In this document: in pieces, positions 1 through 12,800 of the stretch
Layout: each line of letters opens with the position of its first letter
How positions within the stretch are numbered: the first letter of the stretch is position 1
Origin: Lepidodermella squamata
Taxonomy: Eukaryota > Animalia > Gastrotricha
DNA length: 64,000 bases
Direction: 5' to 3'
Assembly: GCA_047495785.1 (NCBI GenBank)
Contig: JBLDXI010000001.1
Span: 1,054,001 to 1,118,000, forward strand
The notes under the pieces: generated by a model
Seen by the model: only the letters and a program-made list of their open reading frames with translations
Database searches by the model: none
Told to the model about the DNA's origin: nothing
Program-made: the position numbers and the translations under genes

Positions 1-477
1 CAAAATATTATCGACGCGCACATCTCGTCTGGTGGCCGTTAACCACCGCACACCTAGGCGACGCTTACTCCCCCCTGTTATACTCTGCTGCTGCTGCCAA
101 TAATAATAACAGTAATACCTAACTGCGCGATGAGTGCATTTCTATTGCGTTATACAACTGAGCACACAATGGACAGGTATACGATCTCGCTGCTCTTGTC
201 TTATCTTTCCTAGGCGCGCGCAAACACTCGCGCTCACTCGCTCACCTGCGCGCACCTCGACGCTGATTGGTCGGCCGCGCATCGCGCCAGCCAACGGCAG
301 CCCAGCCTGCCCGCTGCCGTCAATCATCCGTATACAGAGATATTAATAAGAACAATAACAATAACTTTCGCGCATACCACACTCAGCCCAGCGAGGCACG
401 AAAAATCTTCTTCATTTTCGCTCGATTCACATTTATTACTATCAAGTTTTCGGTAGTTGAACCTAAACCCACCGAAA

Positions 478-3400
478 ATGACCTCAGCCCTTACGATTGA
501 CAATCAGAGACGCGCGAATACGTTCTCGATCGCTAACATCCTCGGAATCGATACAACAACTGGCGTCGGATCGTCGGCTGGCAGTGCCGAGATAAACCAC
601 CGAAAACGAAAGATCGCTCCAGCTCATAGCGGCAGCTTCGATGACGACCAGCCGAACGCATTTCGCCGGCGGCACAGCAACGAAAAATCATCACCGGATA
701 GCAACAATCAGAACAGACGGCAGCAATCACTTCATGTCGATATCGAAGGCTCGAATGACGACTTTCCTAATGCAGGTACGTATTAGTTTTACTTCCGATT
801 AAGGTGCTTTGAATCCCTGACTAATGTGAATCATTTTCTCTTCGAGATTTGACCAGAAATTACGGTCCTTATTTTATATATTAGGAGTTCAAATAGGAGT
901 ACTAGTATTCAATTATAGTATTAAATTAGAAGTATCAGTATTAGTAGTTCAATAGAACATTTTGTCAAGGTTCAACTCAAGTTTATTTTGTCTTTTATTA
1001 TTCGGCTCAAATCAATCGACTTTCTGCGTTGATTTGAAATCGCAGCCCTTGTGTCCTGGGTGAAAATTCTAGTTAACCCGGGTGCGTTTCTTTAGACGCA
1101 GTCGGAAGATTGCATTCAAACGTTGATATCTCTCAATCTTCATCGTTTTAAAATTGAAAATTTCACGCCTTTCTATAGAAAAGTTTGCTTCATTTTACCT
1201 GTCAAGTTCGTTTCTTTTCGTTCAATTTTGGTACGCCGACGCATTTTTGCTATTGGCTCTCCCCTATTTTCACAAGGAATATCGATATAAAACCGGACTG
1301 GTTTTAGTCTTAGCTAATTTTAGCGTTAATCTTAATCGTTAGCGGTGGCTATAAGCAAATTTTCGCTTATATTTTTGGCGTGAATATTGCGCGCTTATGT
1401 TGCGCCTGCCTGTCAAATGCGCAGCGCTAGTGCGTCAAAAGGCGCGGCGGTGTGAGGTGCAATAAATTCAATCTAAGAAGCTCAATTATTAAACAATAAC
1501 AGAGACCCCTCGCTCTAGGCATAGGGTGCGATTGACGCAGTTTGCGAGTGATAATAAAACCAAAATTATTATCATATTAACGAGCCACGCGCTTAATCAT
1601 CACGCAGCACCGGTGTCTGCTGCTGCCGCAGTTAATTAATTCGAATATACTCCCTTGAATATTTTATCATTTCGAACGCGCGTTCGCCCGCGCATTTTTT
1701 GCGCCGAGGTGCGCAAAAATTTGGCGCGCGCGCGCGGAAATTGCTGTGCGATATTCGCACTTGGCCAAAGTTGAGCATTTCCGGCTGGCGGCGGCGTGTC
1801 GCGGCGCGCCTCGCTGCCGATCTGGCAATATTTGCTCGGTGTGATGCGGGTGTCGATGAACTCTCATCTCGCCATAATAATGTAATGTGCGATACCTATA
1901 AATAACACACCGGCGGCCGTCGGCTATTTAGAAGTAGCCCGGCGTGTCCATCATCATCGAGGCGCGCTTTTTGTCTCTTCGGCAGAGGAATTTCCCGAGA
2001 CACGGCGGCGCCAAATTTGCCCTTTTATTACAATGTAATTATCGCTATAATATGATAACAAGAGAGAGAGAAGGTAATACACCGAGTTTGCTTTGTAACA
2101 CAGACGGTGTATGGGCTAATAAATATAACTATAACAATAACATGGCCCCGTGTAGAGTGGGTATCACTCGTCATCCATTACCACCCGAGAGATTGGCGTA
2201 TTTGCGCGGCTAATAAGGCCTATCATCGCCGTGCCGTGTCGTTGTCGTTGTCGTCATGCGCAGGTATTTGATAGTCTAGTGCCAACTATTATTATTAATA
2301 TTAGTATTGATGTTGTTGGACAAGAAAGCGCGCGCATCTGATGCCGCCTCTTCGGCAGCTTCTTGACCCGCAATTTGGCCGCGATGCGATGGCCAATCGT
2401 CGCCGTGCTAATATATATATATACCTATTATAATACAACTCGCAACTAATAGCAAATGGCATTCTTCAAGTCGATTCTCAGCACCGGGCTAATGAGCTAT
2501 ATAGGATGGTATAACTAGTAACTAGACAACAAGTGGGCTATTTATCGACGATATGAAGAAAGAAGCAAATAAAAAATGAACCTAAAAAATTCCACCTTAA
2601 TTAATTTTTTAATTTTTTTTCAGAAACGCAACCTTTTATCGGCAATCATCACCATCATCACCCTGCCGCTTACTCACCGTCAGCTAGCGAGTCGGAAATC
2701 GATGTTCTGGTCGACGCCGATGATGAAGACGATAACTGCATGGTCGACGAAGATGGCAACATGTTGGACGATACGGATGACAACGGGCGATGCGCGACCG
2801 CCAACACATCAGGCGCATCGGGCAGTGGTCCGAACCACAAGCGCAAGCCGCGTGTTCTATTCTCGCAGAACCAAGTTTTTGAACTTGAACGCCGATTCAA
2901 GCAACAGAGATACCTATCAGCGCAAGAGCGCGATCAATTGGCGGCGAATCTTAACCTAACCCCGACTCAGGTGAAAATCTGGTTTCAAAACCGGAGGTAC
3001 AAATGCAAACGCCAGACGCAAGATCAGTCGTTCGAGCTGCTGAGAATCAGCCACGAGAAGGCGTTGAGGGACATTTGGCTTCACATGCATGAAACGGCTC
3101 AGATGAACCAAGCTGCGGCAGCTTCGAGTTTCCTGAACCCGGCAGCTTTGAGCATGTTAACTGGAAGTTTCCAAGCCCCTGTTGCGCCGCCCGTTTTGTT
3201 GCCACCCTCGCCGGCGCCGGCGCCAGTAGCCGCGAATCCGTTCGTCAACAACCCGGCTCTACTTGCCCTGCTAACATCGGCCGCGAATGCGAATCGAAAC
3301 CCGACCGCTGATGATTTGATGGCGAAGTTGTTGGCGCAGTTGAACCCCGGCGCCGCAGCGGCTTTCAACCCGCTCGCCGCGATGTTGGGCGCGACGCTGA

Positions 3401-3519
3401 CCCCGGCGTCATCGCTTCAAATCTCGCCGCCATCACCCTCGGCCGCAGCTTCGTCATCATCGCCTAAAGCATCGCCATCGTCATCACAACATCGCGCAAC
3501 CCCAACAACAACGAAATAA
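478..3519 (+). CDS. NK4: NK4/tinman (Nkx2.5-type) homeobox transcription factor; exons 478-775 and 2624-3519
   Basis: Exon 1 carries the TN/eh1 motif FSIANILG. Donor AG|GTACGT at 776 (phase 1) joins TTTTCAG| at 2623 in frame. Homeodomain [59 protein letters not shown] has NK2-class Tyr54 and an Nkx2.5-like QDQSFEL tail. Confidence 0.92.
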
Positions 3520-4343
3520 TTGGGGCGTAAAAAAATTCGCAAAATTGAAGAATAATCAAATCTCACGAGTCGCAATTTTAAAAGTGATCATTTTTGTATA
3601 AAACATATTGAATTTTTTTGTTTCTCTTCGACTTCTCCTCCGCGTAGAACTACACCTGTTTCGGTTTTTTCTCATCCATCCGCCCTGAGAGATATTGACA
3701 ATAATGTGTGCAAAACTCGCAACGCGCAAGTCGCTGTTGTTTTTTGTAAAAAAATAATAACATTTATATTATGACCTAATTATTGCTGAATACGTTTATT
3801 CTTATTATTCGATGGAAATCTCCGCAAGGGTCTCAGAAAAATTGTATATTAATGTGATTGCTGGGCAACCTTTTATTATAACACCTTGAATTTTATCGAT
3901 TAACGATGAGATTAATCGGGCTTATTATCTGATTGACTTTGTAAAAAATTCCTCCTCACCTGGCGAAAACTCGCAACGAATACATACAAGGATGAATGAC
4001 GATATTAATGTTATATATAATGTTATTTAATTTTAAAGGCATAGCAATGATTTTTGTTTCGAGTGTGCAATAAAGACACAGAATGCTAAACAATGTTTCG
4101 GGTTGTTTATAATATAATATAAAAATGATCTCATTTTACAGGTCACTCGAGAGGGTAAATACGGAGCCTGCCAAAGCAGCCAGAAATTACGTCATCTTAT
4201 ACCTTTATTTACCTATTAGCATGCTGAACGCACGAATTATTACCGCGAGGTGTGACTCGGAGTCACGCCTCGATTCCATAAGCAAAAAATGATCTCATAT
4301 ATTACATCATTTCAGCAGGGCTGTAATTCATCATTTATTCGCT

Positions 4344-6702
4344 ATGAGGAACCGCGCGTTTTTGTTCGCTTTTATTTTCGCGACCATCGCTGGGCGATGT
4401 TTGAGCTTAATCAATGTTCAATTGGACGATTTACCTGGCTCTGAGAGTGGGTTCGCGGTAGAAAATGATGATGAAACTGATGACTCATCACGAGAGGACG
4501 ATGACATGGCTGATATCAGTAATGCCACCCTAGCGAACTTAACCTTCGATCACGACCCAGCTTCCATGCCTCCTAAAAGCAAACCTCCACCAACAAGTAA
4601 CAAAAATTGATTATAAACTGAATTTTTTATTCATTATAATTTAGCGAGGTCAAGGTTCAGCCTTACTAGGCTAATGAGGCCAAGCCAGGTGTTCACAGAG
4701 TTGTCGCAAATGGAGGAGGACTTAGTTGAAAGCTCGGCCCTCGACATTGGAGATGGCCGTCGTCTCGTGAGATACGCCCATCGTTTCGCTGGCCTCGACG
4801 TATGGGACTCGTCTACGTCGCTGATGGTCGATAACGTTCATTTCGGCGGGTTCCTGCGCACGGCTGGCAACAACCTGAAGCTACGGCTCAATCTATCGCG
4901 CAAAAATACCGGCCGCATGAACGCGCGAAGTTTGATCATTCCAAAGGACGAAAGTGCTTGTATTAAGCTGGCTCAAAGTCAAACTGGCTTCAAAGTCAAC
5001 GACGTTACGTCGGAGCGATTTATTTACGAGCTGAACTCAACTGTAACTATAGCCGATCTATTCGACCTTCGCGGGCCTGGCTTCGACGCAAATGGGACCC
5101 CGAACCAGTTATATTGCCTCTACGACGCTTTGGGAAGATCTGTCATCAAAACCTGGAAAGGTATCGCCCATTTCTACGGCGATGGTGGTAATGTGAAGAT
5201 CGGGAAATTCCGCTACGGTGTCGACCGGGAGAAGTTACCCGCGACCCAATTACCAAGTGGAAATGGCGGTAAGGTGAGGCAGAACGGGACGTGTCGCATG
5301 ACGACGGCTAACGGCTACGTCACCGTGTGGGACTTGCACCAGTCGACGAATCGTGTGAGACCTGGTTCCGGTTCACCGGTTTCGTACGATTGTAAAAAAG
5401 GCGTTTCGGACTCGATAAACGGCGGTTATGGTCCATCGCACGACTGCTTTTTCTATGCTAGTAAGACTGTTCAGATGCTTATGGACCCTGAATGGGGAGG
5501 TGCGACTCGAATCGAAGAAGTCAGCCCAGTTAAATCGATCACTGTCGGAGTTCATTACGGATCGAAATACGACAATGCGGTCTGATTTGCCACCTTAATT
5601 TTTTATCTGAAAAATCTCATTTTTTATTACAGTTTTGGGACGGCTATGGCCTTCACATGGGGGATGGAAACACCCTTTTCTACTCATCTTGCAGCTGTTA
5701 TGATGGTAAAAAGTTTGCTCTAAACCCAAATCCTCCTTAATTATTAAATTTCAGTAATGGCTCATGAGATTGGTCACGCTGTTACAGCAGCAACGTCACG
5801 ACTGATTTACCAGGGCGATGCAGGGTGTTTAAACGAGGCATTTTCCGATATGACTGGGGAAGCGCTTAAAACTTATTTGAAAATTAAAAACGATTGGAAA
5901 ATCGCGAGCAGCTGCCTAAAAACAGTAATTTGTTGTAAAATCCAGAGATTTTTTCGAACCTTTTGCTGATTTTCAGAGACAATTTTTGAGAAACCTTGCA
6001 GAGCCAATGACTATGGATCAATACAAACCGCCAATGGAGCCGCATTCTTGCAGTCCAATTTTCAACCACGCTTTTTATAAACTTGCAACTTCGAAAGGCT
6101 GGGATGTTAAAAAGGCGTACCGAGCCTTCGCCTTTGCCAACCGAATGTATTGGACGGCTGAGACTAGCATGACATCAGCGGCTTGCGACGTGGTCAACGT
6201 TGTCGATCAGTTGAAGCTAGGCGATCCTCGCGATGTCATAGCCGCGTTTTCAGTTGTGAAAATCAACGTTACCGGGTGCATTGCTAACGCTTCACAGCCG
6301 AACGCTGTGGCTGGTGATAGCGTGGCGGAGTTGAAAAACTGCGAGGCAATCACTTCATTGACAGCGAAAACTGGCGAGGCGATTCATTTCAAGATAAAAC
6401 TCCCGGTTGATGCGACTAAGCAGTACGTTACGGTGAAAGGTACAACTGGCGACGCGGACTTGTACATCAATATTGGCCAAAAAGCAACTGAGGCAAGTTT
6501 AAACGAAAAAATCATGTTGGGAAACAAGAATAAACGTTGTTGCTTTCTATAGACCAAGTGGAGATGGAGGCCATATTGGGATGGCAGCAATGAGTTTGTG
6601 AATGAAGACTTGGAACCTGGCACGGCTGGGATGTACTACTACATTATGCTGATGGCAACGAGTACATTCAGCGATGTTGAACTTTACGCCTGCTACTATT
6701 AA
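4344..6702 (+). CDS. Secreted M4 (thermolysin family, LasB/vibriolysin-like) zinc metalloprotease with propeptide and C-terminal PPC domain; exons 4344-4596, 4645-5579, 5633-5705, 5755-5924, 5977-6492, 6553-6702
   Basis: Signal peptide; FTP-like RYAHRFAGLDVW; WKGIAH/FYGDGGNVKIGKFRYG; YDNAFWDG..GDG..FY; HEIGH zinc motif; NEAFSD third ligand; catalytic His in EPHSCSPIFNHAFYKLA; PPC-like GDADLYI...RPYWDGSNE...YYYIML. All five introns (48-60 nt) preserve frame. Confidence 0.9.
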
Positions 6703-7329
6703 ATTCAAAGAAATCTGTCGATGATTTTAATTTGAAATCCGGTGCTTCCTTCTGATTGCAAAGTTAATTGATAATAAATTATTTAATACAGCTATCAAAT
6801 AGCTATGTCGGCCACAATAGGAAGCATAGTGACGCTAAAATTGGTAAATGGGGACAGTATTTAGGCGAAACCTGAGCCGTTTAGCCACAAAAAATATTAG
6901 TTTCTATGTTATTTTTCCGAGACGCAATTTCGATAGCGTTATTATGAATCCTGGAAAATCCTGGAGAGACACTTGCTCTCCGTTCTCATGCTAAATAATT
7001 TCCAAGCTTTTTCATAATTCTTCACCTTTTTTAAGACCTAAAATCTTTACAACTTCCCTTTCAAAACGTTAGAATCGGAAGTTTTTGTAAACTAAAAGCA
7101 GGTTTAAACCTCGAAGAAGCCGTTGTTTTATTTAAATAAATATTCAGGAATCACGCCGATTTTGCGTGTGCTGGAAACAGTTTGGAATCGGTCTGAAGCA
7201 AAATCGATGCCCAATCGATAACATTATTTGGGACCTCATCTCGGAGGCTGTTTATTGTCTTCGAACACCTCTCACAGTCGGATTTTTATGTTAGGAAATA
7301 TCGTTCAACATATTCATGGGAAAAAAACA

Positions 7330-7401
7330 AGGCCCAGGCGGGAATTGAACCCGCGATCTTCTGTTTACGAGACAGACGCTCTACCACTAAGCTACTGAGC
7401 C
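7330..7401 (-). tRNA. tRNA-Thr(CGT)
   Basis: Reverse complement GGCTCAGTAGCTTAGTGGTAGAGCGTCTGTCTCGTAAACAGAAGATCGCGGGTTCAATTCCCGCCTGGGCCT folds as a cloverleaf with anticodon CGT and T-loop GTTCAA. A T7 Pol III terminator follows (7321-7327). Confidence 0.95.
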
Positions 7402-9890
7402 TGATACGGTATCACAATATTTCAAAAAATTGTAAAATTAGCTGGAACCAAATTCTGGATCCCTGCGTCCTGGCAAATTCGAACAGTCATTGGATATGTT
7501 TCGTCTATTTTTAGATCGTGGATAATCTTGATGCATGAAGGCCTGGCATCATTCGATATCATCGAGCAACAGCCGTTTACCTAGTTATTTTTAGATCGAT
7601 TAAGCGTTATTTAACACGCTAATGCAGCCCGCCTACCCATGCCGGTATTTAAACGTCCGTGAAGCGTTCCGCTAGACCGCACACGGCTCTAGCGATTTAG
7701 CGCGCAAAATTTTTCGATGTATCCTACAGCGATGTCTTCTGTTTGATCGACGCGCAAATGAAGGCGCGCGAGCTCGTGATAACGCGCAGTGCGCACAAAT
7801 GTTTACGCGTGTGGCGCGCGCGCGCTAATATAGCAGCGGGCGCATCGCGCGTACGTAATACTAACCCACATTAAGGAGGAGGCGCTGCGATATATATATA
7901 TTTTGAAGAGCGCAAATCGGCGCAAATGTGGCCGTGCAGCAATCGAGATGCGGTTACATGCTATATCCATCTTCGCGCGATTTTCTGTAACGGCCTACTC
8001 AGTGTTAAACTATGCCAACCTCACTCGCATCCTATGTAATACCAGGTTGCCGCGTGTAACCATTTGGAGTAGTAGTAATAACGCCACTAATATCGGCCAA
8101 ATAGCGCGGTATTTCCCCAGAATGGACAACATCGTATCTGTGCAATGTTCAGTGTACCAACTTCTATGCGCTGTGTAAATTTTTCACTTGTTTGCGTATT
8201 TTCCCACCTTTCAGACTTGGGAGGCGTCTAGGACTAATAACCCATACATTTTTTCATCGCGAGTCTCGCATTTAAATGGTTTCAATAGACATTCGCTAAT
8301 TTTAATGCTATCTGTTCAATGATGGCCGTCTATTTACGTAACCACGTCTTTCATCTGGATCAGTTTTCTGCAGGTCCAAAATACACCTTCAAGGTAATAA
8401 AATGCTTTTCACTTGAGAAAATTGCAAAACACAAAATGTGTTAGGCTAAATTTACCTATGGGTTTTCCGTGATTTTTTTCGCTCAATATTATTCTTTGAT
8501 CTTTCAATTTTCTCGCCAATATTAAAGGAATGGTTCTTATTTTCTCAGCAGACGATTAACGATAACGTCATTTGTTGACTATATTCATGCTGAGCGCTAG
8601 TTCAAAATAATGTTTCTTAAATTTGTTAGAATCGATCATTTCCTGTTCATTCGATGTCCAATGACCATCGGTAATTTTATTGGCGTCTGAAGCGTATAAC
8701 CCTACATAACAAGACATCATGATTCGAAAATAGCGTACTTTTATAGGCGAATTTCGTCTATAACCGGCTATAGTTATGATGTATCGGGAATGTAATAAAT
8801 CGGCGTGAAATGCATCGCGCGCGATAAATTTTAAAATAGCCGAACAATGCTGGTAGTGTAGTGGTGGGAGAGCGGTAGTGGATTAGCCGCGCGCGCTTCC
8901 CGCCAGGCGCGTCTGGCTTTGACAGCCGCGCGACAGTTGTGGCTAGTCAGTCAGTATTAGTTTTTTCTCTCCCAGCGATAAATAACGATAAAGACATGGG
9001 ACATTCGATGCGCATTTACTCGCTCAGCATCGTCATCGATGAATCGCGTCCATTTATACGCGCTATGCTATCGCTTAATAAAATGACAGCGGTTGGTAAA
9101 AATACTACCACTACTACTAGTAGTAGCTGTTATAATAATAATAATAGCAGTAATAATGCAGAGCAAGCGCGTTTTGTTGTTTCTTTTGCTCACATAGATA
9201 GCGCGAGTACCAGTAGCAGCAGCAGCAGGCCGCGTTTTTGCTCAGCGTAGCGCGAAAGCCGAATATATAAGCGAATGCGCGTGCGCGCTATTCGATCGGT
9301 TTTCGCGCGCGCGCACAAATAATGCGCGCCGATGATGATATATCACATGCGCACAAAAATAGTTAATAATAATAATAATGGCTAAGAGAACGCTGAAAAA
9401 CGCACGCTACTTTTTCTTATTATTTTACTATACGTAGCCAGGCTATACAGTCATCGCAAATGTACTATCATTATTACTACGATTCTGGAGGAGCCTCTCG
9501 GCTGCTGTTGCTCGCGCCCTAAAAATTGGTCGATATTTTGACGGCACCAAACAAAATAATAATAATGACAAGGGCTGTGCGTTATCCGCTGTCCATTAGG
9601 TTGACCTGCTTCGAATATTTATCGAAATACGCTTCTATATATAAATTCATTGCGGCGCCGATGGAAATTTCGCCCGGCAGCGCTGTATATAAACTATATC
9701 AAATTATTACTACCATTATTCATACTAAACATAAATATAATATAAATTGACGGGCATTTTTGTAGGGACCGTCGTTGTTTCATTATTAGAAAAACCGCTA
9801 GAAACAAACAAAAACGCACCAAAGTGCGCAGAATTATCTGTTGTTATATTCCGGATTGACCTAAAAAAATCTCCGCTTTTCATCTTCTAG

Positions 9891-12800
9891 ATGTTGCTAC
9901 CTTTTTGTAAAAAATTAAAATTGCTAAGTAATTATCTCAGTTTAAATGGCCTCGTATTACTCGTTGTCTACAACTGCTTATTGCCGTCGCTAACGTCGGC
10001 TAATTATCATTCTAAAAAGCTGTACGATGATTTGCTCAAAAGCGGACGCTACAACAAGCTCATTAGGCCAGTTGGCAACAATTCGGACCGTTTAACAGTC
10101 AAACTCGGCCTTAAATTGTCTCAACTCATCGATGTCGTAAGTTCAACATTTCAAAATCAGAAAACTGACCACCGCTTTGACCATATGTTATTTTCAGGAC
10201 GAGAAAAATCAAATCATGACCACAAACGTGTGGCTGCGCCACGTAAGTTTTAGTCGAACTATATCCTAATTTTTCCAAAATTTTAGACAATTTATTACGA
10301 CAAATCCGAAAAATTGTTCACAAATTTAACTAGGTGTGGGATGACTACAAATTAGTTTGGAACCCGAGGCATTACGGTGGTGTGAAAGAACTTTACGTAC
10401 CTGGTAAGTTCCGGCCAAATTTCAATCACGTGATCACATTTAGCCCGTCTGTCCTTCTTAAAAAGCTGAAGACATTTGGCTGCCGGACATAGGTAAATAA
10501 ACATTCATTTTCGGCCGTGATCCTTAGTTGAATAATTTATGCATTCAATCGATGGCCAGTTTTATACAATAAGTAAGTGAATGAGTCAATTCCGCAAGAA
10601 ACCACAGGATCGAACGAAAACGCTAAAATTTGGTTTTTATTCGTTGTATTTTGTATATTTAATTGTCGTAAAATTGTTTGTGTATTATTATGTTTCGCTT
10701 TGCTGCTTTTAATATGGGTTCAATTATACCGGTTGATTATAGGAATGGCGGGATCTTAGCCTTCAATGGAATCCTGAAGAATACGGCGGTCTGACCGCTT
10801 TTTTATTGCCTAGCGAAGATATATGGCGCCCTGATATAGGTAATTGATAACAGAAAATAACCAGAAAAATTCAAAAGCTTAACAATTCGATTTTTTGAAG
10901 TTCTTTATAACAAGTAAGCAAGGAATGGTCATTGAAATTAAACTAACTGATTGAGTGGGGTGGTATTTTCTACTAACGAACTCGGGCCTGAGACTAATTT
11001 TAAAAGGGTTGAATTTGCATATAATAACGATTTTGCATGCAGCTTCGAATCCTTGAATGTTCTATTAGCTTCCGAGACGTCTATCAATGAATTACGTAGT
11101 CTAGTCACAACGCCTTTTTCGAAAATACATACCTGCACTCTTTTATGTTCAATCTCACCACATTCATCGCTCTAGTCTTTGTAGTTTAGATCACTTCGTA
11201 GCTTCAGCACGTTTTTTTTCATAGAATTTTAAAACATTTATTTTTCAGAAAATAATTACCAGGTTCTAGATTTATTACTTTCTGCGTCATTGACAGAGGA
11301 AGGCGGTCAAGTATCATCTTAAAAAATCTCAAAGTCTGCCTTAAAGTGTTAAAAATTCTAACTGAGGGAAAGAAAGCGGAGTAGGAATGTTATCGAAAGG
11401 AGCCGTAATTTTCCTTTTGGAGTTACCGATGGTTGTTGACTTGAAATTTCCAAATCTCAAATGTTGAAAGAGGCGTCATCATCATAAAATTTTGAAAAAA
11501 TGTATCGTCTCGTTTTTCCTACACAAAATGAATGAATTATTCTCAATTTTTTACCTTTAGAATGTGATTGTTTTACCGAACTCTTCTATATTCCTTCCCT
11601 TTGAAGATTCGTTATACCGCCTGAATGATTCAGGTTTCTTGGTTACGAAAACATTTTTACCCTTCAGTGAATGCTCAATTTTTATCCTGAATTTTTGGGG
11701 GACCATACCTGGGATTTAAGGTCAAATATAACCGCGAATGCTTCCTATGTTGTCACCTATGTTGGAATGGTTTACCCTTTTTCGTTGTAACATTATGCTT
11801 GGTTTCCCGCATGTTCAAATTTGAGTTGCCGCATGTTTATTTTTTTTGCGATTTGAAACATTTCGTTCGAGCGTGTTTTTCCTATTGTTCGTACCACTCA
11901 ATTTTAACCTCCGTGTTTTTTTTCTTTTTTTCATCACCACCTGCAACCTGTAGTGCCGACGGCAATTATGAAGTGACGCTGATGACGAAGGCGACATTGT
12001 ACCCGAATGGCACTGTCGTTTGGGAACCGCCAGCCATCTACAAGAGTTCGTGTACCATCGATGTCGAGTACTTTCCGTTCGGTTAGAGGCTTGATTATTA
12101 GGTTGAGGTGGATTTTTCTAAATTTCTTTTCATCCGATTTTAAAGACGAGCAAACTTGTGAGATGAAATTCGGGTCGTGGACATACGATGGCTTTCAAGT
12201 TGACCTGAAACACATGTCACAACGCGACAATGTCGAGAAGGAAGAGGCTCACGTTAAAATTCCTGCAGCTATCGACTTGTCGTCATTTTACGAGAGGTAG
12301 CGCGATAAATTCATTTTAGGTTAATTTCATTATTAATCATTCTGCTGCTTTGCCGCTAAGTGTCGAGTGGGATTTGTTGGATGTGCCAGCAGAGCGGAAT
12401 GAGAAGCACTACCCTTGCTGCCCAGAGCCGTATCCTGATATTACTTTCAAAATCTTCCTACGCAGGAAGACGCTTTTCTACACTGTCAACTTGATAATTC
12501 CATGTGTTGCGATGTAAGTCGGAATAACAAGGCTTCCATTGATAGCCAATCTCGCGAACTCATTTTCCACCGTGGAAAATGGGTTTCACGAGGTTGGACG
12601 TGCTTTGGAAGTCCTTGATCGGATCGGCGTTGAGACGGATTTTGACGCGTTTGTATTTTGCCTCCAGCTCGTTCCTGACAGTTCTTGTGTTCTACCTGCC
12701 ATCTGACTCTGGGGAGAAAATTACTCTCTGCATTTCAATTCTGCTTTCTTTAACTGGTTAGTAAAAGAGAGTTTCCTGAAGACCGCACAGGTCGATGGGA

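Noticed and set aside
3170-3210. NK2-specific domain in the homeobox protein (APVAPPVLL)
   Set aside because: Only weak resemblance to VAVPVLV within Pro/Ala-rich sequence.
4344-6702. Bacterial contamination or a frameshifted pseudogene for the fragmented M4 ORFs
   Set aside because: Every break is explained by a short in-phase spliceosomal intron, and the flanks are animal genes.
7903-9750. Short ORFs upstream of the nAChR and in the NK4 intron
   Set aside because: Low-complexity translations with no motifs or splice logic; more likely regulatory or UTR sequence.
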